The notes: generated by a model not told the origin, from the sequence alone. A stretch of 64,000 bases of DNA from Cyanobacteria bacterium P01_A01_bin.123 (GCA_039815185.1 JBCBZT010000006.1:1-64000), one strand, 5' to 3'; counted from the stretch's first letter, positions 40,409 to 51,517 are shown. Made by a program: numbers and translations.

Positions 40409-40872
40409 AGTTTTTTCAATTCAACTTTGCTTTTATTAGATTTGAGAATGCGCCACATGCGATGTACTAACGTTGACGAGGCCGTGAATAGTGAAAAGCC
40501 GATTAAAGGATGAAAAATCGCCAACGGAAACGGCAAGGGTGAGGGGGTATGGATGGTTAGAAATTGCAGCCCCAATAAAATTGGGAAGCTAATCGTGAGG
40601 GCTCGGATTCGCTGAGAAAATGGCATTCCATAAGCCCATGCCAATAGAATTAAGGAAAGTCCGCTGTATCCTCTCACTAGCCAAACGTGAGCTTGCCACC
40701 AGCCTGGGCTATAAAAGTAGGCAAGTCCAACCGTTAGCACCTGTGCCGTTAGACAAAGGTTAAACAGCACTGCAAAACTGAAAAAGCCGACGACCGCTGG
40801 TTGGGATAAAGCTTGAATTTCAGCTGCAGGTTGGGTCGCGATCGCCTTTGATAGGTCTGGAGAAGAATCCAT
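40405..40872 (-). CDS. Membrane protein (DUF6220-like)
   Basis: Four hydrophobic helices; 4-bp overlap with sulfurtransferase. Confidence 0.65.
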   Translation of the reverse strand: MDSSPDLSKAIATQPAAEIQALSQPAVVGFFSFAVLFNLCLTAQVLTVGLAYFYSPGWWQAHVWLVRGYSGLSLILLAWAYGMPFSQRIRALTISFPILLGLQFLTIHTPSPLPFPLAIFHPLIGFSLFTASSTLVHRMWRILKSNKSKVELKKL

Positions 40873-40968
40873 AGTTGTCAGCTGTAACCCCTTTCAACAA
40901 CATTGAAAACCAGGTTACGATTGACCGATTCTCTCTGCATAGACCTCGATCGGGTACACTTTGCTTGA

Positions 40969-41712
40969 GTGGAAGCAGCCCAGGGAGCCAAGGTAAGCTG
41001 GATGAAAAACCCTATGGAATCTCCCCTACAGTCATTATTTCAAGCGATCGCCCAAGCACAGAATGAAGCGGCCCTTCATCAAACGGTGATGGCAGCGTTG
41101 GGTGAATATTTTGCTGCTAAGCGTTGGCGACTGTGGTTTTTAGATCAGTTGCCCGCGCTCGATGAAAATACACCAGAGTTGCTGAAGCGCGCGATGTCGT
41201 TAGACTATAACCCTGTCCTGCGCTACGTGGTTCAGCACCATGCGGTTGTCCATGATGAAGCGATTTTGCCCCCCGGTGTTTGGTCGACGCTTTGCCCCCG
41301 TGCGGATCACGGCCATGTCATCCTGGGGCCGATTGTTAAGGATGGACAGCTTGTCGGTGGCGTTGCCTTTACACGCCACCGAGATGATTTGCCCTTTAAT
41401 GCAGACAATGTGGCTGACTTAAGCGCCCTATGCCTGCATTTCTCGACTCGTCTGGCGGCGTTATGGTCAAAGCCAATTGTCTTTGAGCTAGATTGCGATC
41501 GCCTTACACCCCGCGAAACACAAATCGCTGAACTGGTTGCACACGGGCTGACCAATAAAGAAATTGGTGCTGCCCTATGGATTACTGAAAATTCAGTCAA
41601 GCAGGCCTTAAAGCGAATGTTTCGTAAGCTTAAAGTTGCATCACGGGCTGAGATGGTAGCACACCTTTCTGCAACTCCAATAAGTATTCCACCGAGGACT
41701 GCTGCAGTCTAA
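40969..41712 (+). CDS. GAF-LuxR transcriptional regulator
   Basis: LTPRETQIAELVAHGLTNKEIG; start uncertain. Confidence 0.85.
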   Translation: MEAAQGAKVSWMKNPMESPLQSLFQAIAQAQNEAALHQTVMAALGEYFAAKRWRLWFLDQLPALDENTPELLKRAMSLDYNPVLRYVVQHHAVVHDEAILPPGVWSTLCPRADHGHVILGPIVKDGQLVGGVAFTRHRDDLPFNADNVADLSALCLHFSTRLAALWSKPIVFELDCDRLTPRETQIAELVAHGLTNKEIGAALWITENSVKQALKRMFRKLKVASRAEMVAHLSATPISIPPRTAAV

Positions 41713-41752
41713 GGCAAGCATCGTGATCTGAATTTATCCGAAGGAAGCTTAG

Positions 41753-42412
41753 ATGATTAGCCCGTCCCTCCTCGATTTTCTTCAAGAACTCGCTCAAAAT
41801 AACGAGCGTGGCTGGTTTCAAGCCCATAAGAACGAGCATAAATCATTAAATAAAGCATTCACGGATTATATGCTAACGATAGCTGAGCAAATTGCTCACT
41901 TTGATCCTGCTATTCAAAATAGGATGGGTGATCCTAAGTTGGTGAAGGTTTTTCGTATCTATAGAGATACCCGTTTTTCTAAAGATAAAACGCCTTATAA
42001 GATCAACTTTAGTGGTGCGATCGCGGCCAGTAGTGCTGCGGGTCAGCCTGTCTATTACCTAAGCATTGAACCAGGCAATAGTTTTGCGGGTGGCGGCGTC
42101 TATATGCCGCCTACTGAATATCTACAAGCGATACGTGAAAAGATTGATGAGGATTATAAAGCACTTGAGAAAATCCTAAATGACAAAGCCTTTAAAGCAA
42201 TTTTTCCCAATGGGCTTGATCGCCATGCAGCCTTAAAAACTGCGCCACGAGGATACAGCACCGACCATCCAGCCATTGATTTACTGCGATTAAAAAGTTT
42301 TGTAGCTGGTCGCAATTTTAGTGACGCGGAAGTTACGAGCAAGCCCTTCACTGACACCTTGCTTGAAACCTATGAAGCACTCAGCAAGCTGAATGCTTAT
42401 TTTCAAGATTGA
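41753..42412 (+). CDS. DUF2461 family protein
   Basis: NNERGWFQAHK, FRIYRDTRFSKDKTPYK, LKTAPRGY. Confidence 0.88.
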   Translation: MISPSLLDFLQELAQNNERGWFQAHKNEHKSLNKAFTDYMLTIAEQIAHFDPAIQNRMGDPKLVKVFRIYRDTRFSKDKTPYKINFSGAIAASSAAGQPVYYLSIEPGNSFAGGGVYMPPTEYLQAIREKIDEDYKALEKILNDKAFKAIFPNGLDRHAALKTAPRGYSTDHPAIDLLRLKSFVAGRNFSDAEVTSKPFTDTLLETYEALSKLNAYFQD

Positions 42413-43152
42413 AAATTCTCAGCGCGATCGAATTCTTTGACGATTTTGAGAAAATTATCAAACACCACTTTAGCCTCACCTTTCATTATTGAAAGGTGCT
42501 GATCGACAGCTGTTTTCAAGTCTTCGCAGCCCGTTGAACCCAGCACTTGTTCTAAATCGGCTCGATAGGCTGGGAGTTGTACCCAGTCTTGAACCGTTGC
42601 CTCGGTGACTTCGCTATGGAATTGCAGGCCAAATGCATAATGACCCACGGCATACGCCTGTATGAGGCAATGATCTGAAGAAGCGAGCAGGACAGAACCT
42701 GGCGGTAATTTTTTCACCGCTTGACCATGCCACTGAAGCACCTGGAATGTATTATGCAATCCTTGGGTGAGTGGGTGTTTGAGCCCTGCTTCAGTCAGGT
42801 TTATCGGTAAAAGACCGACTTCAGGGGCAGCCATGGGGCCAACATCGCCCCCTAAAGCATCGGCTAAGAGTTGCGCCCCTAGGCAGATACCCATGTAGGG
42901 CAGTTGTTGATGTTGATTGAGTACTGCTTTGCGAATTAGCGCCTTCTCGTCAACCAACCAGGGGAATTTTGCTTCATCCCCAACATTCATCGGGCCACCC
43001 ATTACCCACAATGCAGCGTAATCGTCTAAGTCTGGAAAGCGATCGCCCTTTTCAAGTTCTACCGTATCTATTGCAATGCCTGCGTCATGGCAAAACTGCT
43101 CAAAGACGGCTAATCCTTCAATAATGACGTGTTTAATCACTAAAAACTTCAT
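42403..43152 (-). CDS. Class I glutamine amidotransferase
   Basis: MGGPMN, GICLGAQL, QFHSE. Confidence 0.9.
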   Translation of the reverse strand: MKFLVIKHVIIEGLAVFEQFCHDAGIAIDTVELEKGDRFPDLDDYAALWVMGGPMNVGDEAKFPWLVDEKALIRKAVLNQHQQLPYMGICLGAQLLADALGGDVGPMAAPEVGLLPINLTEAGLKHPLTQGLHNTFQVLQWHGQAVKKLPPGSVLLASSDHCLIQAYAVGHYAFGLQFHSEVTEATVQDWVQLPAYRADLEQVLGSTGCEDLKTAVDQHLSIMKGEAKVVFDNFLKIVKEFDRAENFQS

Positions 43153-43155
43153 GGC

Positions 43156-43833
43156 TCAGGCTCCTCGGGTGTAATGAGTCAAGTTCTCAGGTGGGGCGAT
43201 GTTGGCTGGCAGTTTGGGATCAGGAATAAGATTTCCTGGGGTCAACTTGAGGGGCAATTCACCAGCCCAGACGGGTAGGGCATAATCTTCGGCAGCATCA
43301 ACCGGGGCTCCCTGGCGGATTTTGGCAGATCCTTCTTCGATCGGCAATACCAGTACTGTGGTGCTTTTGACTTCTAGGTCAGTCGGCTTGCGTGCCCGTT
43401 CCCACTGGCCTGGAACCATATGCTCTGAGAGCACTTTTAGAGCGTGCATCTGCTCTTGTGCACCTTCAACGAGAGTGGCTCGACCAAATAGCACCGCCGA
43501 GCGATAGTTCATCGAGTGATGGAAGAGCGATCGCGCAATCACCAAACCATCCAGTAACGTTGCGGTGACGCAAACCTCTACGCCTTTTTCTAGGGTTTTC
43601 AACATGCGGCTGGCGGTTGAGCCGTGGATATAGAGGCGATCGCCGTCTCGCCCATACCCCATGGGAATCACAAAGGGTTGATTGTCTACCACAAAGCCGA
43701 CATGCACGACTAAGGCTTCATCTAAGATTTGGTTGATCAAAGCTCGATCATAGTGTCCCCGTGGGGCACGCCGTTTGACCTTGCTACGGTCTGTGACTGG
43801 CAGTGTTTCTGGGAGTGTTTCTGGATTCGACAT
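43156..43833 (-). CDS. Pyridoxamine 5'-phosphate oxidase-like flavin-binding protein
   Basis: YIHGSTASRM, ARSLFHHSMNYRS, VWAGELP; start placed at MSNPET. Confidence 0.88.
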   Translation of the reverse strand: MSNPETLPETLPVTDRSKVKRRAPRGHYDRALINQILDEALVVHVGFVVDNQPFVIPMGYGRDGDRLYIHGSTASRMLKTLEKGVEVCVTATLLDGLVIARSLFHHSMNYRSAVLFGRATLVEGAQEQMHALKVLSEHMVPGQWERARKPTDLEVKSTTVLVLPIEEGSAKIRQGAPVDAAEDYALPVWAGELPLKLTPGNLIPDPKLPANIAPPENLTHYTRGA

Positions 43834-43882
43834 GGGTTTTCCTTTGCCATTAAGTGTGCTCATGTCGTTAAGATAGGCAATA

Positions 43883-43931
43883 AAGTGGACTGATTCAATA
43901 TCCACTTTGGCATTTTTCAGGCAGTCCACTT
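43883..43931. promoter_or_regulatory. Probable MocR-type operator (three GTGGA/TCCAC motifs)
   Basis: AAGTGGACTG, ATCCACTT and CAGTCCACTT in the divergent intergenic region. Confidence 0.55.
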
Positions 43932-43936
43932 GAGTC

Positions 43937-45391
43937 ATGGATCTCATCCTTAATTTTGACCGTACGGCACCAACCCCGCTCTATCAGCAACTCGTCGCAG
44001 GACTCCGCGACGCCGTCTTGCGTGGCAGACTAAAGCCCAACCAGAAATTGCCGTCAACTCGCCTACTGGCAAAGTCGTTGGGTTTATCTCGCGCGACGGT
44101 TACCCAAAGCTATGATCAACTGCTAAGCGAAGGCTATCTTGAGGGTCGGCACGGTTCAGGCACTTATGTTTGCGCCCAGATTCCAGACGAGTGTTTGCAG
44201 GCCGCGCCGATTGACTCAACCTCCGCCCCCCAATCTGACATGGGCTCGCTATCTCGATTTGGCAATCATCTGCTGGGATTAGATCAGCTGGATTTCTCGG
44301 ATCCTGAGGCGCAGATCAGTTTTCGATATGGCAGTCCGGCGACAGAAGCCTTTCCGATGAAGCTGTGGCGGAAACTGCTCTATCGGCACTGCCACAATAC
44401 TGCTGCCTTGATGAAATATTCAGATGCAGCTGGATATTTGCCCTTAAGAGCTGCGATCGCAGATTATCTAGGTCGCGCCCGCGCCATTCGATGTCGGCCA
44501 GAACAGGTGATCATCGTCAGCGGCTCTCAGCAGGCACTAGACTTGATCACCAGGTTAACGCTGGATTCGGGCAACTGGGTGGCGATGGAAGATCCGGGTT
44601 ATTTAGGGGCCCGTCATTGCTTCATGGGGCAAGGGGTCAACCTGCAAGGGGTACCCGTAGATGCTGAAGGTATCAACATCGAAGCACTCAGTCAATATTC
44701 GCAGCCATTCAAGTTGCTCTACATCACACCTTCCCATCAATTTCCAACGGGTGCGGTGTTGCCCTTAGCTCGACGACTGGCCTTACTAAAGTGGGCACAA
44801 CAGACCGGAACGCTGATTTTAGAAGATGACTATGACAGTGAGTATCGCTACGGCGATCGCCCAATTTCGGCCTTACAAGGCTTAGACCAACATCACACCG
44901 TCATGTATGTGGGCACGTTTTCCAAAGTCCTGTTTCCGTCTTTACGCATTGGCTATCTGGTGGTGCCGTCTGCGTGGGTTTCTGTGATCAAGCGAGCGAA
45001 ATGGCTCTGCGATCGCCAGTCTCCCCTGCTAGAACAATACGCCCTCACAGATTGCTTGAATGAAGGCCATTTTGAACGCCACATTCGACGCATGCGACAG
45101 CTCTATAACCAACGCCGCCAGGCACTTGTGCAGGCCCTAAAGCACTATTTGGGAGCACGGGTCACAATCTTAGGAGAGAATGCGGGGATTCATCTGATGG
45201 TCAAAATAGAAACGTCGTTGCCGGACGACCTTGTCATTCAAAAAGCACAGCGCTTGGGGGTTGGCTTAATTAGCGCCCAAGGATATTACTTAACCACGCC
45301 AAAAACCGGAGAATTCATTTTTGGCTACGCCCAACTTGATGAATCCCAAATTGAACAAGGCATACAAATACTGGCTCAGATATTGAGTTGA
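43937..45391 (+). CDS. MocR/PdxR-family GntR regulator with PLP domain
   Basis: LPSTRLLA, TPSHQFPTG, EDDYDSEYRY, GTFSK. Confidence 0.93.
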   Translation: MDLILNFDRTAPTPLYQQLVAGLRDAVLRGRLKPNQKLPSTRLLAKSLGLSRATVTQSYDQLLSEGYLEGRHGSGTYVCAQIPDECLQAAPIDSTSAPQSDMGSLSRFGNHLLGLDQLDFSDPEAQISFRYGSPATEAFPMKLWRKLLYRHCHNTAALMKYSDAAGYLPLRAAIADYLGRARAIRCRPEQVIIVSGSQQALDLITRLTLDSGNWVAMEDPGYLGARHCFMGQGVNLQGVPVDAEGINIEALSQYSQPFKLLYITPSHQFPTGAVLPLARRLALLKWAQQTGTLILEDDYDSEYRYGDRPISALQGLDQHHTVMYVGTFSKVLFPSLRIGYLVVPSAWVSVIKRAKWLCDRQSPLLEQYALTDCLNEGHFERHIRRMRQLYNQRRQALVQALKHYLGARVTILGENAGIHLMVKIETSLPDDLVIQKAQRLGVGLISAQGYYLTTPKTGEFIFGYAQLDESQIEQGIQILAQILS

Positions 45392-45398
45392 TTTGTTT

Positions 45399-45503
45399 TA
45401 TAGCGCTGGCCAGATTGCTTAATGCACCGAGTATCGCCAGGATGCTGAGTATACAAGCAATCTGGCTCGCGGTAGCACACAAAGCTTTGTGGCTACCGCT
45501 ATA
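45399..45503. repeat. MITE/REP-like element with TATAGCG / CGCTATA ends
   Basis: Reverse-complement similarity to 29343-29445; lies between convergent genes. Confidence 0.8.
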
Positions 45504-45528
45504 CCAGTGACCTGAGACAATTCAGTTG

Positions 45529-46701
45529 CTACAACTGGGCATGGACAAAAGCGTCTAGGCGTTCAACACCTTGTTTGATGGTTTCTAACCCAGTGGCATA
45601 GGACATGCGGACAGTGTGTTCAGCCCCAAAGGCCACACCAGGAATGGCAGCAACGTGTTTTTCTTCTAGCAGGGCGTTGCAGAAATCGACGGATTTGATG
45701 CCCAATTGACTAATGTCGATATAGATGTAAAACGCGCCTTGGGGATCGGCACAGGCCAGGCCAGAAATGGCACGGATGGCTTCGACGATATAAGCTCGTC
45801 GTTTGGCAAAGGCTTGGCGCATTTCTTCAACGCAGTCTTGGGGAGAGTCTAGGGCGGCGATCGCGCCAAATTGGGCAAAGGTACATACGTTAGAAGTGCA
45901 GTGGCCTTGAATTTTGCTGGCAGCTTTAATCAGCGCTACTGGCCCAGCCAGATAGCCCACGCGCCAGCCAGTCATCGCGTAGGCCTTAGCAAACCCATTA
46001 CTGGTGATGGTTCGGTCAAAGGCTTCGGGGCTAGCGGCGCCAATACTCAAGTGTTCGGCACCATCGTAGAGAATTTTTTCGTAGATTTCGTCGGAAACAA
46101 CCCAAATATCAGCATCCACCACGACCTGGGCCAGGGCACGAATTTCATCAGGGCTGTAGACCGATCCGGTGGGATTTGAGGGAGAGTTGAGCACAAACAA
46201 CCGGGTTTGGGGGGTAATCGCGGCTTTGAGCTGGGCCGGACTAATTTTGAAGTTGCTATCCAGCGTGGTTTCGATCAGCACCGGGGTGCCCCCGGCTAAT
46301 TTGACCATCTCGGGATAACTCACCCAGTAGGGAGTGGGAATGATCACTTCATCCCCCGGTTCAATCATGGCCATCATCAGGTTGTACAGGGAATGCTTGC
46401 CACCGTTAGTGACAATTACGTTTTCTGGACCGTAGCAAAGACCATTGTCGGTTTGCAGTTTGTTGGCGATCGCTTCCCGGAGTTTAGGTTCGCCAGCAGC
46501 GGGGCCATAGCGGGTTTTGCCGTCATCAAGGGCCTGCTTGGCTGCAGCAACAATATGGGGTGGTGTGGGGAAATCGGGTTCTCCCGCACTGAAACTGCAG
46601 ACGTCAAGGCCATCTTCTTTCATTTGTTTGGCCTTAGCCGCAATGGCTAGGGTCATCGATGGGGCAACTTGATTGACGCGTGCTGCTAGTTTCATAGTCA
46701 T
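45529..46701 (-). CDS. aspC: Aspartate aminotransferase-like class I PLP aminotransferase
   Basis: [31 protein letters not shown]. Confidence 0.88.
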   Translation of the reverse strand: MTMKLAARVNQVAPSMTLAIAAKAKQMKEDGLDVCSFSAGEPDFPTPPHIVAAAKQALDDGKTRYGPAAGEPKLREAIANKLQTDNGLCYGPENVIVTNGGKHSLYNLMMAMIEPGDEVIIPTPYWVSYPEMVKLAGGTPVLIETTLDSNFKISPAQLKAAITPQTRLFVLNSPSNPTGSVYSPDEIRALAQVVVDADIWVVSDEIYEKILYDGAEHLSIGAASPEAFDRTITSNGFAKAYAMTGWRVGYLAGPVALIKAASKIQGHCTSNVCTFAQFGAIAALDSPQDCVEEMRQAFAKRRAYIVEAIRAISGLACADPQGAFYIYIDISQLGIKSVDFCNALLEEKHVAAIPGVAFGAEHTVRMSYATGLETIKQGVERLDAFVHAQL

Positions 46702-46905
46702 GTGCGGTTGGCTGATTCATCGCAACTATCTAGCTTAGATCGATTTTTCAGGTGCTACCCAATTGTTTTATGACGAAACCCAGATAGTCAAAAGCTATCG
46801 TCTCAGGTAACAGCGCTACAGATCTAGAGCCGCCAACGGTTCTATCACAACGGCTGCGTAACCAATCGAACTACAATGAGAGCAGATCAATAGTGGATTT
46901 GTATT

Positions 46906-47628
46906 GTGACGGCAGCCCTTTCCAATCCCATTGCTTTCGAGATTGAATATCCCAGTTCAGATGGCGAACCTGTGGCTGAAACCTTTGTTCATCTCTACGC
47001 CTTGCTGGTTACCTTAGAAGTGCTGCGTCAGTATTTGGAAGGGCAAAAGGCAACGGTATTGGCCAATCAGTTTCTTTACTATTCTCAAGGCATGCCTAAA
47101 CTGCGCGTGGCACCTGATGTCATGGTGATTTTTGATGTAGAGCCTGGAGAGCGAGATAACTACAAAATTTGGGAAGAAGGCCAAGTGCCTAGCGTCATCT
47201 TTGAAATGACCTCTAAGGGTACCCAGGAACAGGACAAGGTCTTTAAGAAAACCCTCTACGAACAGCTGGGGGTACAGGAATATTGGCTATTCGACCCCAA
47301 AGGGGAGTGGGTTGAACCCCAGCTAGAGGGTTATCGGTTAGAGCATGACCTCTATCGACCGATTACTGACGGGCGGAGTCAGCCCTTAAAGCTACGTCTA
47401 CAAGTAGAAGACCAATTAATTGGCTTTTACCGCGAAGACAACGGTGAGAAGTTGCTCATCCCTGGGGAACTGGCCCAAGCCTTGAAGCAAGAGGCGTTAG
47501 CGCGACAGCAGGCAGAGCAACGGGCAGAGCGAGAACAGCAACGGGCAGAGCGCGCAGAAGCTGAACTGGCGGCATTGAAAGCTCAGCTCCAATCAAGAGG
47601 AATTGAGCTCAATGGTGGAGGTTCATAG
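46906..47628 (+). CDS. Uma2 family endonuclease
   Basis: YPSSDGEP, APDVMV, EMTS, EYWLFDP, AEQRAE tail. Confidence 0.92.
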   Translation: MTAALSNPIAFEIEYPSSDGEPVAETFVHLYALLVTLEVLRQYLEGQKATVLANQFLYYSQGMPKLRVAPDVMVIFDVEPGERDNYKIWEEGQVPSVIFEMTSKGTQEQDKVFKKTLYEQLGVQEYWLFDPKGEWVEPQLEGYRLEHDLYRPITDGRSQPLKLRLQVEDQLIGFYREDNGEKLLIPGELAQALKQEALARQQAEQRAEREQQRAERAEAELAALKAQLQSRGIELNGGGS

Positions 47629-47652
47629 TAAAGCCGGCCTTACCCAGCTCAG

Positions 47653-49290
47653 ATGATGAAACTAACCCAGAAATTTTATTTAACTGTCATAGCTTTCGCT
47701 GTTGGTTTTATCCTGGCGATCGCCCTGTGGCCTAGCCACGTTCCTCAGTCCGCTCTAGTTCAGCCCCATGGGAAGGCGCTAGCCACAGAGAGCCTTGACA
47801 CAGACGTATCGCTAGTGTCAAAAAGCCTACCGACCCCAGATTGGCATAATGTGAGTCTACACAGCCTAGGTATGCAACCTCAATTTGCCGATGATATCGA
47901 TCAATTTGTTGATCGTATCCAATATCAAATTGCTGCCGAACTCACGTTTGATCCTGATGCGGTCATCCAAGGCAGTCAGCGAGTCCGCTACACCAACCCC
48001 AGCCGCCAGCCGCTCGATCGCATTGTTTTTCGCCTTTATGCCAACACCCCGCCCCTGCGCAATGCTGGAGAAATGGTTGTCTCCAACGTCAGCGTCGATG
48101 ACCAGCCCATAACCACGCAGCTCTCAGTAGAAGACACGGTATTGAGCGTTCCCCTCGCTCAGCCCCTCGAACCAGGGCAAGCAGTTGTCATTCACCTCGA
48201 CTTTTCGCTACGACTGCGGCAGCACGAAATTTCCGAATCTTTCGAGCGCCTGGGGTTTATCGATCGGGTGGTTTCTGCCGGTTCTTGGTATCCGGCCGTG
48301 TCGGTGTATGAGGCGCAGCGGGGCTGGTGGGTAACCCCAATCACCTCTGGCCGTGGCGATCCGACCTACGGTGAAATGGCGCTGTATGAGGTGTTTCTCA
48401 CTCTGCCGGAAGACGTCACGCTGATCACTAACGGGGGTCTTGTGGGACAAACGGTTTTGCCCGATGGCCGTATCACTTATCACGACATCACTGGCCCTGT
48501 AAGGAGTCACGTTTTTATTGCCAGCGATCGCTATGCCATGACAGAAATGCGAGAAGTCAATGGGGTCCGCGTTCAGGTTTGGTCTTATCAGGATGATGAA
48601 ACGCTCACCCCTGATCTGGATCAGGCTGTCCTCCAGACCACAGTCGATGCCCTATCCACATTTGGCGATCAGTTCATCCCCTATCCTTACCGAGAGTTTG
48701 ACGTGGTCCAGCACCCCACCTATACAGGGCTGGAATTTTCAGGATTGACCATCATCACTGCGGCGGGATGGCGGCAAGGGGAGGTGGCCCAAATCATTGC
48801 CCATGAAGTTGGCCATCAATGGTTTTATGGGTTGGTGGGCAATAACCAGGTCGAGCATCCCTGGTTAGATGAGGCATTGGCCACTTACAGCGAAGTGGTA
48901 TATGAACGGGCAATTATTGATCATCAGCAAGCGTCTGAGTGGGCTGAAGAGCTACAGGTCATCTGGGAATCTCTGAATCGACCCAACAGGGTAGCCGATC
49001 GTTCCCTATTACCGCCCCTTAATCTGCCGGTTGCAGCCTATGAAGACGGGCAATATAGCATTGTTTACTGGGCTGGTGCGGCTTTTTTTATCGGGTTAGA
49101 GCAGCAATTGGGTCAGGATGGAATTTACCAATCGTTACAGGAATACTGCCAGCGTTTTCGCTATGAAGTGGCAACGACTGCCGATCTCAAATCAGTGCTT
49201 GAAGCAGTTTCGGGGCAGGATTTGACAGCGCTATTCGAAAGGTGGGTGGGTGATTATAGCCAAGATGACCAACCTGCTCGCGCAGTATGA
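47653..49290 (+). CDS. M1-family metallopeptidase with N-terminal anchor
   Basis: GLEFSG, AHEVGHQWF..WLDEALA. Confidence 0.88.
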   Translation: MMKLTQKFYLTVIAFAVGFILAIALWPSHVPQSALVQPHGKALATESLDTDVSLVSKSLPTPDWHNVSLHSLGMQPQFADDIDQFVDRIQYQIAAELTFDPDAVIQGSQRVRYTNPSRQPLDRIVFRLYANTPPLRNAGEMVVSNVSVDDQPITTQLSVEDTVLSVPLAQPLEPGQAVVIHLDFSLRLRQHEISESFERLGFIDRVVSAGSWYPAVSVYEAQRGWWVTPITSGRGDPTYGEMALYEVFLTLPEDVTLITNGGLVGQTVLPDGRITYHDITGPVRSHVFIASDRYAMTEMREVNGVRVQVWSYQDDETLTPDLDQAVLQTTVDALSTFGDQFIPYPYREFDVVQHPTYTGLEFSGLTIITAAGWRQGEVAQIIAHEVGHQWFYGLVGNNQVEHPWLDEALATYSEVVYERAIIDHQQASEWAEELQVIWESLNRPNRVADRSLLPPLNLPVAAYEDGQYSIVYWAGAAFFIGLEQQLGQDGIYQSLQEYCQRFRYEVATTADLKSVLEAVSGQDLTALFERWVGDYSQDDQPARAV

Positions 49291-49312
49291 CCACGACGTT
49301 GTTCAGTCCTTT

Positions 49313-50197
49313 CTAGCACTCCCAGGGTGGGACAGGCTGGAACCGTTCGAGTAGAAAATCAATCATGGCGTGAACTTTTGGTGCAACGATCCGGCGACTG
49401 GGATAGAGGAGCCAGATAGAGGCTTCTGTGACCAGCGGAAAGTCTGGCAGCACCTTGACAAGAAGCCCAGATTTCAAACTTTTGCTGGCATTCCAGACTG
49501 ACTTGATGCCAATTCCCATCCCCTGCTCGATCATTGTGCGCATCGCCTCACCATCGTTGACAACAAATGAACGGGGAGCGCTAACGGTCTGTCCGTTTTC
49601 AAACTTCCATCGATTATTTTCGGCCAGGATTACGCATTGATGCGTTGTGAGATCGTTAGGCGTTGAGGGAACACCGTGCCGTTGGAGATAGGCGGGAGAG
49701 GCGACGAGAAGACGCCGATCAGTGGCTAACTTCCGGACAATAAGGCTGCTATCGACTAAACTTGCATTCCGAATAATCAGATCATAAGCGCCTTCAACAA
49801 CATCAAGGACTTCATCAGATAGCCGTAAATCAAGGCTAACGAGCGGATGGCGTGCCTGAAATTCGGCCAAGGTCGGAATGATATACATCCGTCCAAAGGA
49901 GCCGGGCATGGTTATTCGCAGTAAGCCCTCAGCTTCTGCCCCCTGTCCCTTGACCGCACTGAGTCCGGTTTCTAGCGTTTCGATAATTTGTTGCGCGTAG
50001 GGCAAAAACGCCTCACCATCGGTGGTCAGCGATACGGCTCGGGTTGTTCTGTTGAACAACCGGAACCCAACCGTTTCTTCGAGTTTGACAAGACGGGCGC
50101 TGGCACTCGCGGGCGAAAGTGAGAGATCGTACGCCGCTGCCGAGACACCGCTAAGTTCGGCAATTCTCAGGAATAAGCGGAGCGATAAAACATCCAT
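49313..50197 (-). CDS. LysR family transcriptional regulator
   Basis: N-terminal HTH, LFNRTTRAVSLT. Confidence 0.93.
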   Translation of the reverse strand: MDVLSLRLFLRIAELSGVSAAAYDLSLSPASASARLVKLEETVGFRLFNRTTRAVSLTTDGEAFLPYAQQIIETLETGLSAVKGQGAEAEGLLRITMPGSFGRMYIIPTLAEFQARHPLVSLDLRLSDEVLDVVEGAYDLIIRNASLVDSSLIVRKLATDRRLLVASPAYLQRHGVPSTPNDLTTHQCVILAENNRWKFENGQTVSAPRSFVVNDGEAMRTMIEQGMGIGIKSVWNASKSLKSGLLVKVLPDFPLVTEASIWLLYPSRRIVAPKVHAMIDFLLERFQPVPPWEC

Positions 50198-50304
50198 TTA
50201 TCAAAAATATCCGAATTATGATTTCGCTTCAAGCATGTTTATCTTTTTTATCCGAATTATTATCATGCGGGTAACGCTCCCACGAATCGAAAGGAGACAA
50301 AACG

Positions 50305-51312
50305 ATGAAAGCGATTGGTTATACGGATGCGGGGCCAATCTCAGCCGCAAACGCCCTGATTGACTTTGAAACAGAGATGCCTCAGCCTGGTCCGAACGAC
50401 CTGCTGGTTGAAGTTCGTGGTGTTTCGGTCAATCCGGTCGATGTCAAAGTGCGCGCCAGTGCGCAGCCGGACAAAGGGCCTCGCATTCTCGGCTTCGATG
50501 CCGCTGGAATTGTAAAAAAGGTCGGTTCAGACACGACGCGGTTCCGGCCTGGTGACGAGGTGTTCTATGCGGGTGACATCACCCGACCCGGCACCAACGC
50601 CACATTTCACGTTGTTGATGAGCGTATTGTTGGTCGCAAACCATCCTCCCTCGATTTCCCCGAAGCGGCGGGAATGCCTCTGACGACTATCACGGCGTGG
50701 GAAATCTTATTTGATAGTTTCGGGCTCAAAGAGGGCGAAGGGGCCGGTGAAGCACTGCTTGTGATTGGCGGTGCTGGCGGCGTAGGGTCGATTCTGATTC
50801 AGCTGGCGAAGAAGCTTACAGGCCTGAACGTCATCGCAACGGCGTCGCGTGATGATACGCGCACTTGGGTCAAAAAGATGGGTGCTGATCATGTGGTCAA
50901 TCACCGCAATCCACTTGACCAAGAGATGAAAGCTCTGGGTATTTCACCACGCTATGTTGCCTCACTCACGCAGACACAACAGCATTTCGCATCCACCGTG
51001 AAGCTCATCAAACCACGCGGTCATATTGCCCTCATTGATGATCCGGATGCTCTCGATATCGCCGCAATCAAGCCCAAGGCGCTCTCTTTTAGTTGGGAGT
51101 TTATGTTTGCCCGGTCGATGTTTCAAACAGACGATATGGATGCGCAACACCAGTTGCTCAACCGGGTCTCCGCACTGTTGGACGATCGCACTTTGCTGCC
51201 CACGGTCAACCACCATGGCGGCGCTCTCAATGTCGAAAATCTGCGGGCTGCCCACGAACTTCAGGAAAGTGGCAAAGCGATCGGCAAGACCGTGTTGGAT
51301 GGTTTCAGCTAG
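50305..51312 (+). CDS. Zinc-type alcohol dehydrogenase-like / quinone oxidoreductase
   Basis: [20 protein letters not shown]. Confidence 0.9.
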   Translation: MKAIGYTDAGPISAANALIDFETEMPQPGPNDLLVEVRGVSVNPVDVKVRASAQPDKGPRILGFDAAGIVKKVGSDTTRFRPGDEVFYAGDITRPGTNATFHVVDERIVGRKPSSLDFPEAAGMPLTTITAWEILFDSFGLKEGEGAGEALLVIGGAGGVGSILIQLAKKLTGLNVIATASRDDTRTWVKKMGADHVVNHRNPLDQEMKALGISPRYVASLTQTQQHFASTVKLIKPRGHIALIDDPDALDIAAIKPKALSFSWEFMFARSMFQTDDMDAQHQLLNRVSALLDDRTLLPTVNHHGGALNVENLRAAHELQESGKAIGKTVLDGFS

Positions 51313-51381
51313 GGCGCGTCATCAATTAATTCCAGAAACTTTTGGGACTCAGCACACCCGCGCCCGCATTCACTCAACAGG

Positions 51382-51440
51382 CTAGGGTCTGTCGTTCTTT
51401 CGTTGAAAGGATTTGATCGCTAAGTGATGAAAGACCCTAG
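51382..51440. mobile_element. 59-bp mini element with CTAGGGTCT / AGACCCTAG ends
   Basis: 9-bp inverted ends including CTAG; intergenic. Confidence 0.55.
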
Positions 51441-51517
51441 CGCGATCGCACCGAATATCGAACGTATCCCACAATTTACGGCTTATCAATGGGCCCATCA
51501 AACCTAGGAGACAAAAA

